Assembly (NCBI GenBank): GCA_035695825.1
Contig: DASRRH010000009.1
Location: 23,044-87,043 of the forward strand
DNA length: 64,000 nt
Source of the DNA: Planctomycetota bacterium
GTDB taxonomy: Bacteria > Planctomycetota > UBA1135 > JAKEFM01
Direction of reading: 5' to 3'
In this document: positions 19,098-27,243 of the stretch, piece after piece
Layout of the letters: every line of letters begins with the position of its first letter
How positions within the stretch are numbered: the first letter of the stretch is position 1
Position numbers and translations under genes: made by a program
The notes under the pieces: generated by a model
Databases searched by the model: none
What the model saw: the letters and a program-made list of their open reading frames with translations, nothing else
Told to the model about the DNA's origin: nothing

Positions 19098-19250
19098 GGA
19101 AACTGCACAAGCTCCGTGTTGATCGGGCCGACGAGGTCCAGGCCTCCACAGGAGTTGCAGGGGAATTCGCGCGCCGACCCCCGTTCCTATGCCATTCCAC
19201 GGATTCGTCCCGGTTTGGGACGGAAATCAACACGGAACAGGGGCAGCTTC
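19098..19250 (+). repeat. 153-bp intergenic repeat with terminal inverted repeats, copy A
   Basis: The left arm GGAAACTGCACAAGCTCCGTGTTGAT (19098-19123) pairs with the right arm ATCAACACGGAACAGGGGCAGCTTC (19226-19250). The interior aligns with copies B, C and D. Confidence 0.7.
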
Positions 19251-19300
19251 TAGGGTAGCCGTGTCCGCGAAGCACCGTCGCGGGAGCGATCCCGTTCGCG

Positions 19301-19645
19301 CTACAGATCCATCGCCGCCCGCAGGCCCTCGGCCACTCGGACGAGGTGGGGCAGCGAGAGGAACCCGATCCGGCGCACGAGCTTCGCCCGGTCGAGGGTC
19401 CTCACCTGGTGGCAGAGGGCCGTCGAGTCCCGCTCGAGCCCCGCGGTTCCGCGGGGGACGGGAACGGCCGTGGGCCCGCGGCGCGCCTGGAAGGGGGAGG
19501 TCGTGAGCGGGACGACGATCGCGGAGCGCCACCCGGGCGTCTCGTTGAACGCGTCGTGCGAGACGACGACCACAGGCCGGCGGCCCCGCTGCTCGGAGCC
19601 GGAACGCGGCTCGAGGGCGGCGAGGTAGACCTCCCCCCTCCTCAC
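19301..19645 (-). CDS. mazF: MazF/PemK-family type II toxin endoribonuclease
   Basis: VRRGEVYLAALEPRSGSEQRGRRPVVVVSHDAFN ... ALCHQVRTLDRAKL. The GTG start at 19645 overlaps the antitoxin stop (GTGA). Confidence 0.85.
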   Translation of the reverse strand: MRRGEVYLAALEPRSGSEQRGRRPVVVVSHDAFNETPGWRSAIVVPLTTSPFQARRGPTAVPVPRGTAGLERDSTALCHQVRTLDRAKLVRRIGFLSLPHLVRVAEGLRAAMDL

Positions 19646-19944
19646 GAGCGCCTCCGCCGGGAAGGCCCCCGGAGGTGCTCCACGGCGGCCTTCTCGAGGG
19701 TCTCGTCGAGGTCGGCGCGGGAACCGGCGACGGAGCGGGCGTACGTGGCGATCTCCTCGGAGACCGCCTCGCGCCGGCGCGCCTCGAGCCACTCGCGGAT
19801 CGCCGCGCGCGCGATCTCGGTCGCCGGCCTCCCCCTCTCGTGGGCCGCGCGCGCGAGGGCCTCGTAGAGATCCTCCGGGAGGGGGAGGTGGAAGTTCCGC
19901 GGGGAAGAAGGGCGGGTCCTCCTGGATAGCCTATTCGGTGTCAT
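19642..19944 (-). CDS. Ribbon-helix-helix (CopG/MazE-like) antitoxin
   Basis: FHLPLPEDLYEALARAAHERGRPATEIARAAIREWL. ATG at 19944. 4-nt overlap with the toxin start. Confidence 0.75.
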   Translation of the reverse strand: MTPNRLSRRTRPSSPRNFHLPLPEDLYEALARAAHERGRPATEIARAAIREWLEARRREAVSEEIATYARSVAGSRADLDETLEKAAVEHLRGPSRRRRS

Positions 19945-20125
19945 TTCTGGATGGCATGAAGTTAGCCGCGGTCCCGCGGGCGTCAAGGCCGGCGACGGGT
20001 CTCCCCTCCCCCGGGGTTCGGTCCGGCGGGATCCGGTTCGCGGGAGGCGTCGCCGGATCGCCGGCCGTCCCGCCCTCCCTCGCGCGCCAGGGGGATCCCG
20101 GTTCGCAGCTGTTCGCGGGGATCGG

Positions 20126-20278
20126 GGAAACTGCGCCGGCTCCGTGTTGATTCCGGTCACAAAGCGCCACGGATCCATCGAATGGACGGGGAATGGGGGT
20201 CGAATGAGCGATCCGGTCGCAAGTCCCGCGGACCCCTGGGCCCGGCGGCCCTCGTCCACACCGAACCGGTGCAGGTTC
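20126..20278 (-). repeat. 153-bp TIR repeat, copy B (inverted relative to copy A)
   Basis: Ends are GGAAACTGCGCCGGCTCCGTGTTGAT (20126-20151) and TCCACACCGAACCGGTGCAGGTTC (20255-20278). The interior aligns with the reverse complement of copy A, with about two thirds of positions identical by eye. Confidence 0.65.
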
Positions 20279-20329
20279 GCTTGCGGACCCATTGAGGAGG
20301 AGGGGCGTTCCGGGCACGCTCTGGCCGAG

Positions 20330-21103
20330 GTGTTCGTCGAGAAAGAGCGGGTCGAGACCCCCGAGCATGTCCCGCTCGAATTCGAGGTCGCGGGCCCGAT
20401 GAGCCGGGCGCTCGCGGGGCTGATCGACCTCGCGCTGATCACGCTCCTCCTCCTCGTCTTGTCCCTCCTCGTCCTACTGGCCGCCGCCGTCGCGGGCCTC
20501 GGCTCGGAGCTCCGGCAGTACGCGCTCGCCGTCTTCGTCCTCGGCTCGGTCGCGGTGTTCCTCGGCTTCCACCCCTTCTTCGAGCTGCGCCGCAACGGCC
20601 AGACCCCGGGGAAGCGGGCCCTCGGGCTCCGCGTGCTCCGGCAGGACGGCCTCCCCGTGGACTTCCGTGCGACGCTCGTCCGGAACCTGGTCCGCCTCGT
20701 CGACATGCAGCCCGGCCTCCTCTACGGAGTGGCCCTCGTATCCATGATCGTCACGCGCCGCGCGACGAGGCTGGGGGACCTCGGGGCCGGGACCTGGGTC
20801 GTCCGGGAACGACTGGAGCGCGAGCCGCGGGCGCCGGAGCGGGCGGAGGACGAGAGCGGGGCTCCGCACCTGGCGGGTGCGGGGAGCGTTCGGCCGCCGC
20901 GGCCGGGCCGCCTCACGGAGAAGGAGTTCGAGGTGATCGGTGGTTTCCTCGCGCGGCGGTACGGACTCGACCCGCTCCGCAGGCGACAGCTCGCGGGGGA
21001 GATCGCGCGGCCCATCCTCGAGAGGTTCCGGGAGAACGCGGCGGAGCCCGAGCGCTTCCTCGAGGAGGAGCACGCGCGCGGGAGAGGCAGGGGCCTCCTG
21101 TGA
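20330..21103 (+). CDS. RDD family membrane protein
   Basis: TPEHVPLEFEVAGPMSRALAGLIDLALI ... GQTPGKRALGLRVL ... RLGDLGAGTWVV. The track start at 20144 would read through repeat copy B, so I place the start at the in-frame GTG 20330. The start is uncertain. Confidence 0.7.
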   Translation: MFVEKERVETPEHVPLEFEVAGPMSRALAGLIDLALITLLLLVLSLLVLLAAAVAGLGSELRQYALAVFVLGSVAVFLGFHPFFELRRNGQTPGKRALGLRVLRQDGLPVDFRATLVRNLVRLVDMQPGLLYGVALVSMIVTRRATRLGDLGAGTWVVRERLEREPRAPERAEDESGAPHLAGAGSVRPPRPGRLTEKEFEVIGGFLARRYGLDPLRRRQLAGEIARPILERFRENAAEPERFLEEEHARGRGRGLL

Positions 21104-22116
21104 ACGGCGACCGCGTCGCGGGATTCGAGCGGCGCAACCGCGCGAAGTGGGAGCGGTTCCGCAGGATGGCCTCCTCCTTCGCGAAGGGGAGCCGGCCCCC
21201 TCCGGAGGAGGTGCTCGAGTTCGCCCGCCTCTATCGGGACGTGGCGGCGGACCTCTCCGCGGCCCGGTCGCTCGGAGCGCCCCCTCGGACGCTGCGCGAA
21301 ATGAATGCCCTCGTCGTGCTCGGGCACTCCGTCCTCTACCGGGAGAGGGCCGTCCGGACGGCGGGTCTCGGGGGAGGGCTCCTCCGCTTCCTCCTCTCCG
21401 AGTTCCCGGCCCTGGTCCTCTCCCGCGGCCGGCTCCTCGCCCTCGCCGTCGCCTTCTTCGCCCTCCCCGCGCTCTTCGCCTACCTCCGCGTCGCCTCCGA
21501 CGCGGGCGAGATCCACCGGCTTTTCCCTTCCCTCGAACACGTGATCCGGCCGGACGCGCAACAGGGGGGACGCTCCATCGGGGCGATGCCCCTTTTCACC
21601 TCCTCGATCCTCGCGAACAACCTGATGGCCTGCTTCTTCACCTTCGCCTCGGGGATCCTCCTTGGCATCGGAACCGCCTACATCCTCGCGTTGAACGGCA
21701 TCCTCCTCGGCGCGCTCGCGGCTCACTTCGCGAACCACGGCCGCCTCGCCTCCTTCTGGCCTCAGGTACTCCCGCACGGGATCACCGAGCTCCTTGCGGT
21801 GTTCGTCTCGGCGGAGGCGGGGTTCCTCCTCGCGAAAGCCCTCTGGCGCCCCGGTCCCTGGTCGCGCCGGGACGCGCTCGTGCTGGCCGGGCGCGAGGCG
21901 GCGCGCCTGCTCCTCGGCGTCGCCCCCCTCGTCGTGGTCTCCGCCGTGATCGAGGGATACTTCACGCGGAGTCTCGAGGAGGACCCCCCGCGCAACGCGT
22001 TCGCCGTCCTCGTCGCGCTCGCGGTCGCGGCCTGGCTCTTGCGCGCGGGCGCCGACAGGACGGGGGCGGAACCGCACGGGGAGGGCTTCCCGCTCACAGC
22101 GCGCCTCGTGCCTTGA
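21100..22116 (+). CDS. SpoIIM-like (DUF95) integral membrane protein
   Basis: The GTG at 21100 overlaps the RDD stop (GTGA). ILANNLMACFFTFASGILLGIGT ... PHGITELLAVFVSAEAGF. Confidence 0.8.
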   Translation: MNGDRVAGFERRNRAKWERFRRMASSFAKGSRPPPEEVLEFARLYRDVAADLSAARSLGAPPRTLREMNALVVLGHSVLYRERAVRTAGLGGGLLRFLLSEFPALVLSRGRLLALAVAFFALPALFAYLRVASDAGEIHRLFPSLEHVIRPDAQQGGRSIGAMPLFTSSILANNLMACFFTFASGILLGIGTAYILALNGILLGALAAHFANHGRLASFWPQVLPHGITELLAVFVSAEAGFLLAKALWRPGPWSRRDALVLAGREAARLLLGVAPLVVVSAVIEGYFTRSLEEDPPRNAFAVLVALAVAAWLLRAGADRTGAEPHGEGFPLTARLVP

Positions 22117-23410
22117 TCTCGAGGTAGCGTCCCACGACGCCTCCCGTCACCTCCTCCGGAAAGGCGTCGACGACGCCGATGCCGCGGGCGCGAAGCGCCT
22201 GGATCGCCCGGGCGCGCTCCTGGATGAGCGCCTCCGCGGACGCCCGCGAGCAGAGCCCCTCCGGGGAGCGGGCCGGGGCGGCCGCGATCCGCCAGAGCTC
22301 GGGGTCGCGCATCGTGACGAGACATCCGACGTGACGCTTCGCGCTCTCGACGAACTGCCGCCGGATCTCCTCCGACATCGAGGTGCCGGCGGGATCCGCG
22401 AAGAGAAGGAGGAGGGAGCGTTTCGGGAGAAGCGCGCGCGCGAGCGCGAAGGCCTCCCGGTAGTCCGGCTCCTCGAGGTCCGCGCGCGCGCGGAGGAGGA
22501 CCTCGCGCACTCTCCCGACCGCGGCTGGACCGGTGGTCGGGGGGACCACCCCGTGGACCCGGGAGGAGAAGCAGACGGCGCCGACGTTGTCGTGGTGTCG
22601 GACGGCGACCCACGCGAGGAGGCCCGCCGCTTGGAGGGAAACCTCGAGCCGCTCCCGCTCCTTCCAGCGCGCCCTCGCCGTGCGCCCCGTGTCGAGGAGG
22701 AGGAGGACGTTCTGCTGGCGCTCGAACTCCCGGTTGCGGAAGGAGAGCCGTCCGCGCCGGACGGAGACCTTCCAGTCGATGTGCCGCGGGTCGTCCCCCG
22801 GCTGCCAATCGCGCAGGCTCTCGAACTCCGTCCCCTGGCCGAGGTCGCGGCTCGGACGCAGGCCGACCGCGCGGCTTCGCCCGCGAACCAGGAGGCGCTC
22901 CCAGGTCGAGAGGATCCCCCAGTCGGGGTAGACCCGGACCTTGTCCTCGGGGTCGAACCGCTCCTCCCGCCACGCGAGGCCGAGCGGCCCCCGCGCCCGG
23001 AGGCGGATCTCCCCGAGCCGGTGCTCCCCGCGGCTCCGCGGGACCACGGCGCACTCGAGGAGAGCCGTCCTGCCCGGGAGGACCGCGTGGGGCCCCGGCG
23101 CGAACTCCCCCTCGAGGGCTTCGCAGAGGTCGTCGGAGAAGAGGAACTCGGCGGTCCAAGGGCCGAGGTTTCGGACCTCGACGTGGACCTGGACCGGGCC
23201 GTCCAGCCGGAGGCGAGGGGGGAGGCGGCGTCGAACCTCGAACCGCTGCCGGCGGGCGAGGCGCCCGTCCGCGAGGAAGAGGAGGAGGAGCAAGGCATCG
23301 GCGGCGAGGGTCGCGAGCGCGAAGGCCCGGCCGAGCGGCTCGAGGAGGAAGCCCGCCCCGAGCGCCGCGGCGAGGAGGCAGGCGCGGCGCGTCGGGAGGG
23401 GGCGCCTCAC
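22094..23410 (-). CDS. DUF58 domain protein (vWA-like, MoxR partner)
   Basis: GTEFESLRDWQPGDDPRHIDWKVSVRRGRL ... NVLLLLDTGRT. The GTG start overlaps the MoxR stop. The 3' end overlaps the convergent SpoIIM-like gene by 23 nt. Confidence 0.85.
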   Translation of the reverse strand: MRRPLPTRRACLLAAALGAGFLLEPLGRAFALATLAADALLLLLFLADGRLARRQRFEVRRRLPPRLRLDGPVQVHVEVRNLGPWTAEFLFSDDLCEALEGEFAPGPHAVLPGRTALLECAVVPRSRGEHRLGEIRLRARGPLGLAWREERFDPEDKVRVYPDWGILSTWERLLVRGRSRAVGLRPSRDLGQGTEFESLRDWQPGDDPRHIDWKVSVRRGRLSFRNREFERQQNVLLLLDTGRTARARWKERERLEVSLQAAGLLAWVAVRHHDNVGAVCFSSRVHGVVPPTTGPAAVGRVREVLLRARADLEEPDYREAFALARALLPKRSLLLLFADPAGTSMSEEIRRQFVESAKRHVGCLVTMRDPELWRIAAAPARSPEGLCSRASAEALIQERARAIQALRARGIGVVDAFPEEVTGGVVGRYLEIKARGAL

Positions 23411-24381
23411 TTCGGGACCTCGGTCCGGTCGAGGATCTCACCGATCACGTCGTCGGGCTTCGCCCCTTCGATCTCGAACTCGGGATGAAGGACGAGGCGG
23501 TGGCGCAGCGCCGGGCGCGCGAGCCCCTTCACGTCGTCGGGGACGACGAAGTCCCTCCCCTCGAGCAGGGCCCTTGCCTGAGCCGCGCGGAGGAGCGCGA
23601 CGCTCGCGCGGGGACTCGCCCCGAGGGAGACGGAGGCGGCCCGCCGGGTGGCGGCGACGATCTCGCGGATGTAGGCGAGGAGGCGGTCCTCGACGCGCAC
23701 GCGCCGCGCGGCCTCGCGCGCTGCGCGCACGCCCGCCGCGTCGGTCGCCGCCTGCACGCCGAAGGTCGCCTCCCGGTCGGCGTCGAAGCCGCGCCGGTGC
23801 AGGTCGAGGATCCGCTCCTCGTCGGCGGGCTCCGGGTAGCCGACCTCGATCTTGAGGAGGAACCGGTCGAGCTCCGCCTCGGGGAGCCGGTAGGTCCCCT
23901 CGAACTCGACCGGGTTCTGCGTCGCGAAGACGGTAAAGAGGTCGCCGATCGCGTGGCGGACCCCGTCGGAGGTCACCTGCCGCTCCTGCATCGCCTCGAG
24001 AAGCGCCGCCTGGGTCTTCGCGGGCGCGCGATTGATCTCGTCGGCGAGGAGGAGGTCGGTGAAGATCGGCCCCTTGCGGAAGGCGAAGCCCCCCGAGGCC
24101 CCCTCCGGGATGCCGACCCCCGTGATGTCCGCGGGCATCAGATCGGGGGTGAACTGGATCCGGGCGAACCCGCAACCGAGGGCCTTCGCGAGGACGCGGA
24201 CGAGGAGAGTCTTCGCCGTCCCCGGGACTCCCTCGAGGATCGCGTGGCCCCCGGCGATGGCCGTGAGGATCGCTTCCCGGACGGCGCGGGCCTGCCCGAT
24301 CACGACCTTCGAGACCTCGGCCTCCACGCGGGCGAGGAGCGCGCCTGCTTCCTGGAAGCCCATCGCCTGGTTCCCTGTCAT
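23407..24381 (-). CDS. MoxR-family AAA+ ATPase
   Basis: ILEGVPGTAKTLLVRVLAKAL (Walker A), FARIQFTPDLMPADITG, LLADEINRAPAKTQAALLEAMQE. Confidence 0.9.
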   Translation of the reverse strand: MTGNQAMGFQEAGALLARVEAEVSKVVIGQARAVREAILTAIAGGHAILEGVPGTAKTLLVRVLAKALGCGFARIQFTPDLMPADITGVGIPEGASGGFAFRKGPIFTDLLLADEINRAPAKTQAALLEAMQERQVTSDGVRHAIGDLFTVFATQNPVEFEGTYRLPEAELDRFLLKIEVGYPEPADEERILDLHRRGFDADREATFGVQAATDAAGVRAAREAARRVRVEDRLLAYIREIVAATRRAASVSLGASPRASVALLRAAQARALLEGRDFVVPDDVKGLARPALRHRLVLHPEFEIEGAKPDDVIGEILDRTEVPK

Positions 24382-25538
24382 CGAGACGCGAGGCCCCCCT
24401 CCGGCGCCGCGCCGGGGACGCGCTCGATCTCATCCAGCGCGGCAAGGATCCGCCGGGGGTCCCCGCTCGACGCCAGGGAAGCGACCTTCGTCTCGAGATC
24501 GTCGGAGGGCGCTCCGCCGGGCCGGGGGGGCCGGGGCGAAGGGGGCAGGTCGAGTCGCCGCCGCACCCCCTCGGCGAGGAGCGTCGCGACCTCGCGCCAC
24601 GCTCCGCTTCGCCGCAGGAGCCGCGCGACGGCGTCCACGTGCTCGTACTCGGATCGCCGGGGAGCCTCCGCCGCGCGGCGCACCCGCCCGAACCGCCGCG
24701 CGCCGGCGATCAGGAGGAGCGAGGCGGCCGCCCCTGCTTGCAAGGCGAAGTGGCCGGGCGGCGTCGACCGCAGGACCGCCCAGACGACGCCGAGCGGGGA
24801 GCCTCCCTCAAGGTAGCCGTGGACCGACTCGCAGAACGCGACCGCCTCCCCCCGCGAAACCCGCTCGAGGAGCCGGACCGCGAGGACCGGGCAGGCCGGG
24901 CTCGCGAGGAGGCGGTCGTTCGTCAGGAACGAGCCGTCCGCGACGGCGATCACCTCCCCACGACCGAGGGGGATCGAGACGATCCACGGAGCGGGATCCG
25001 CGTCGCCCGACACCGTCGCGAGGGGGTCGGAGCCCGGAGCGCGATCGAACACCCGCGCGGGGGGGAAGAGACCCGGAGGGAATCCATCCCCTTCCACCTC
25101 CGGTTCGAGGACGGCCCGACCGCCGGGAGAGGGACGGACCGCGAGGTCGAACGCCTCGAAGAGCGTCCGGCGCAAGCGCCCCGGCCGCGCGACGGCCGTG
25201 TCTCCGATCAGGAGGCGGCCGCCCCCTTCGACCCACGCGCGCACCGGGGCGAGATCGGGGATCCGCTCGTCCCCCGCGATCAGGACGAGAGCGGGCGGCC
25301 CGGCGCCGAGGAGTTCGAGACTTCGGGTCCAGCGGCTCGCCGGGATTCCGAGTTCCCCGCACGTGAGGAGCAGGGCGCGCAGCCCCTCCGGAGCGTCGGA
25401 GTAGGTCGAGGGGACTCCGCGCGTCCCCCCCTCGCTCTCCCCCTTCCCGGGGCCCGTGAGGAGGAGGGCTCCCACGAAGAGGAGGGCGAGGAGGCCCCCG
25501 GCGAGGAGGTGGGAGCCTTGAAGTCGGAATCCCTTCAC
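24378..25538 (-). CDS. DUF4350-like membrane-anchored protein
   Basis: The GTG at 25538 overlaps the upstream stop (GTGA). TM LLAGGLLALLFVGALLL. VIAVADGSFLTNDRL motif. The stop overlaps the MoxR ATG. Confidence 0.7.
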   Translation of the reverse strand: MKGFRLQGSHLLAGGLLALLFVGALLLTGPGKGESEGGTRGVPSTYSDAPEGLRALLLTCGELGIPASRWTRSLELLGAGPPALVLIAGDERIPDLAPVRAWVEGGGRLLIGDTAVARPGRLRRTLFEAFDLAVRPSPGGRAVLEPEVEGDGFPPGLFPPARVFDRAPGSDPLATVSGDADPAPWIVSIPLGRGEVIAVADGSFLTNDRLLASPACPVLAVRLLERVSRGEAVAFCESVHGYLEGGSPLGVVWAVLRSTPPGHFALQAGAAASLLLIAGARRFGRVRRAAEAPRRSEYEHVDAVARLLRRSGAWREVATLLAEGVRRRLDLPPSPRPPRPGGAPSDDLETKVASLASSGDPRRILAALDEIERVPGAAPEGGLASR

Positions 25539-26155
25539 GGGCGGGCCTCCGCAGGACGCAGGTCCGCGAGCCGCATCCATCCCTCGCGGTCGAGGGGCCG
25601 CCCGCCGAAGGAGACCCGCTGGTAGGCCGCCACGAACTCGCGCAGACGCTGGAAGAAGGGCGCGCCCCGAAACCGACCCACTTGTTCCCCCGGGGTGAGC
25701 GAGGCGTCGAGCCTCTCGCCCCGCCTCTCGTGGAGCCGGAGGAGCGCCGCCAGGTAGAGGAGGCGCACCGCCTCCGCGAAGCGGTCGGCGGAGGCGAGCC
25801 TCTCCGCCTCGCGCTCGAGGGCCGAGGGGTCGGCGACCGAAGCCCCCTCTCCCGGCGCCCGTCCGAGCGAGTGGGCCCGCCCCCGCTCCTCGCGCCGGCG
25901 GAGCAGCCCCGCGAGGAGCCGGGCGAGGAGGGCCGCCGCGGCGGCGCCGAGGAGGACGAGCAGGGCGAGGCGGATCCACTCTCCTCCTGGGCGGACCGCC
26001 CATTTGGTCAGATCCTCGAGGAGCCTCCCGATCGGGTCGAGGACGCGCTCCCGGATCCAGACCTTCCATGCCGGCGGGTTGAACTCCGGGCGGCGCAGGA
26101 CCCGCTCGGCCGCCCGCAGGATCGCCTCGACGGGGATCGAGTCGGCCCCGGTCAA
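25535..26155 (-). CDS. DUF4129-like protein
   Basis: The TTG at 26155 overlaps the upstream stop (TTGA). TM LALLVLLGAAAAALLARLL. C-terminal SLTPGEQVGRF...FVAAYQRVSFGGRP pattern. Confidence 0.65.
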   Translation of the reverse strand: MTGADSIPVEAILRAAERVLRRPEFNPPAWKVWIRERVLDPIGRLLEDLTKWAVRPGGEWIRLALLVLLGAAAAALLARLLAGLLRRREERGRAHSLGRAPGEGASVADPSALEREAERLASADRFAEAVRLLYLAALLRLHERRGERLDASLTPGEQVGRFRGAPFFQRLREFVAAYQRVSFGGRPLDREGWMRLADLRPAEARP

Positions 26156-26919
26156 GGCGACGGCCGCCCCATCTCCCGGGCGAGCACCTCGAGGTCGAAC
26201 GCCTCCTTGCGGACGCGGAGGTCGTAGTAGAGGAGGATCGTCACGATCGAGGCGAAGGGGGCGAAGAAGACGTTCCCGGCCTGCGCGAGCGCCGTGAGGA
26301 CCGCCGGGCCGGCGTGGGCCCACCTCACGAAGCCGCTGACGATCATTCCCCAGAGGAGGGAGAGGACGCCCGCAAGCCCGACGAGGAGGAGCACCTTGTT
26401 CCGGAAGCCGCGGGCGAGCGCCCACGATCGCCGGCACGACTCGATCACGGACTTGCGCTCGAGCATCACCGCCGCGTTCACGAAGGAGAGGCCCGCCATC
26501 GCCACGACGCCGGGAACGATGAAGAGGAGGAGCCCGACCATGACGGCGATCGTCACGAGGATCGCAGCGCCGATCATCGGGAGCAGGCGGTCGAACGCTT
26601 TCCCGAAGGCCGTCCGGACCCCGGTCGGACGACCGAGGACCAGGTCGGATACGGCCTGGATGAGGGCTCCCTGGAGGACGGCGCCGCCCAGGATCCCGAG
26701 GATCGTGGTGACGAGGTATCCGGCCATCGTCCTCGAGAGGAAGTTCTCCGGATTCTCGGGGCTCGGCGCCTTGGCCTCCGCCGTCGCGATGCCGAGGAGC
26801 GCGAGGGGGACGAGCAGGACGAGGGCGATCGGGAGGAGGCGTCCCAGGTTCGCGAGGTAGATGCGCAACCCCCGGTCCAGGATCTCCCCGACCCCCATCG
26901 GCCGGAGTTCGTACGGCAC
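26152..26919 (-). CDS. Polytopic membrane protein, first gene of the MoxR/DUF58 operon
   Basis: 255 aa with about 6 hydrophobic helices (LLPIALVLLVPLALLGI, AILVTIAVMVGLLLFIVPGVV, VLLLVGLAGVLSLLWGMIV). Coupled to the downstream gene. Confidence 0.7.
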   Translation of the reverse strand: MPYELRPMGVGEILDRGLRIYLANLGRLLPIALVLLVPLALLGIATAEAKAPSPENPENFLSRTMAGYLVTTILGILGGAVLQGALIQAVSDLVLGRPTGVRTAFGKAFDRLLPMIGAAILVTIAVMVGLLLFIVPGVVAMAGLSFVNAAVMLERKSVIESCRRSWALARGFRNKVLLLVGLAGVLSLLWGMIVSGFVRWAHAGPAVLTALAQAGNVFFAPFASIVTILLYYDLRVRKEAFDLEVLAREMGRPSP

Positions 26920-27243
26920 GGCGGGTCCCGACCTCCTTTCTCGTCCGGCGCGGGCCCGATGCTATCCCGCCGCCCCGGGGCGCGCACCGGACTCGGCCGC
27001 CGGACGGGGTCGCCGCGGCGACTGCGACCCGAAAGCCCTTCGGATTGTTCGGAGTTCTGCGTGGGTAGCCCGGGGTAGGGAGCTTTCCCTTCCCCATCCC
27101 CCCGAATCCCGCCCTCTCGGGCGTCCCGCCCTGCTTCCAGGGACACGTCGTCGATCCGGGGCCCGCGGTTCTCCCCGGGGCGAGCAAGGGCGGGATCGGT
27201 CGGCCGGATCCTCCGAGGCACCCGCGGCCCGGAGGCGATCGCC

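Noticed and set aside
20144-20329. Longest-ORF start of the RDD gene (MLIPVTKRHGSIEWTGNGG...).
   Set aside because: These codons lie inside repeat copy B and resemble nothing in RDD proteins. The family-typical TPEHVPLEF...R..A..ID region begins after 20330.
27040-27175. Possible extra degenerate copies of the TIR repeat (here and at about 38520-38740, and perhaps about 5990-6110).
   Set aside because: Only patchy block matches by eye (GACTGCG..., GAGTTCTGCG, CCTTCCCC..GAATCC, GACACG), with no convincing inverted arms. A computed alignment is needed.
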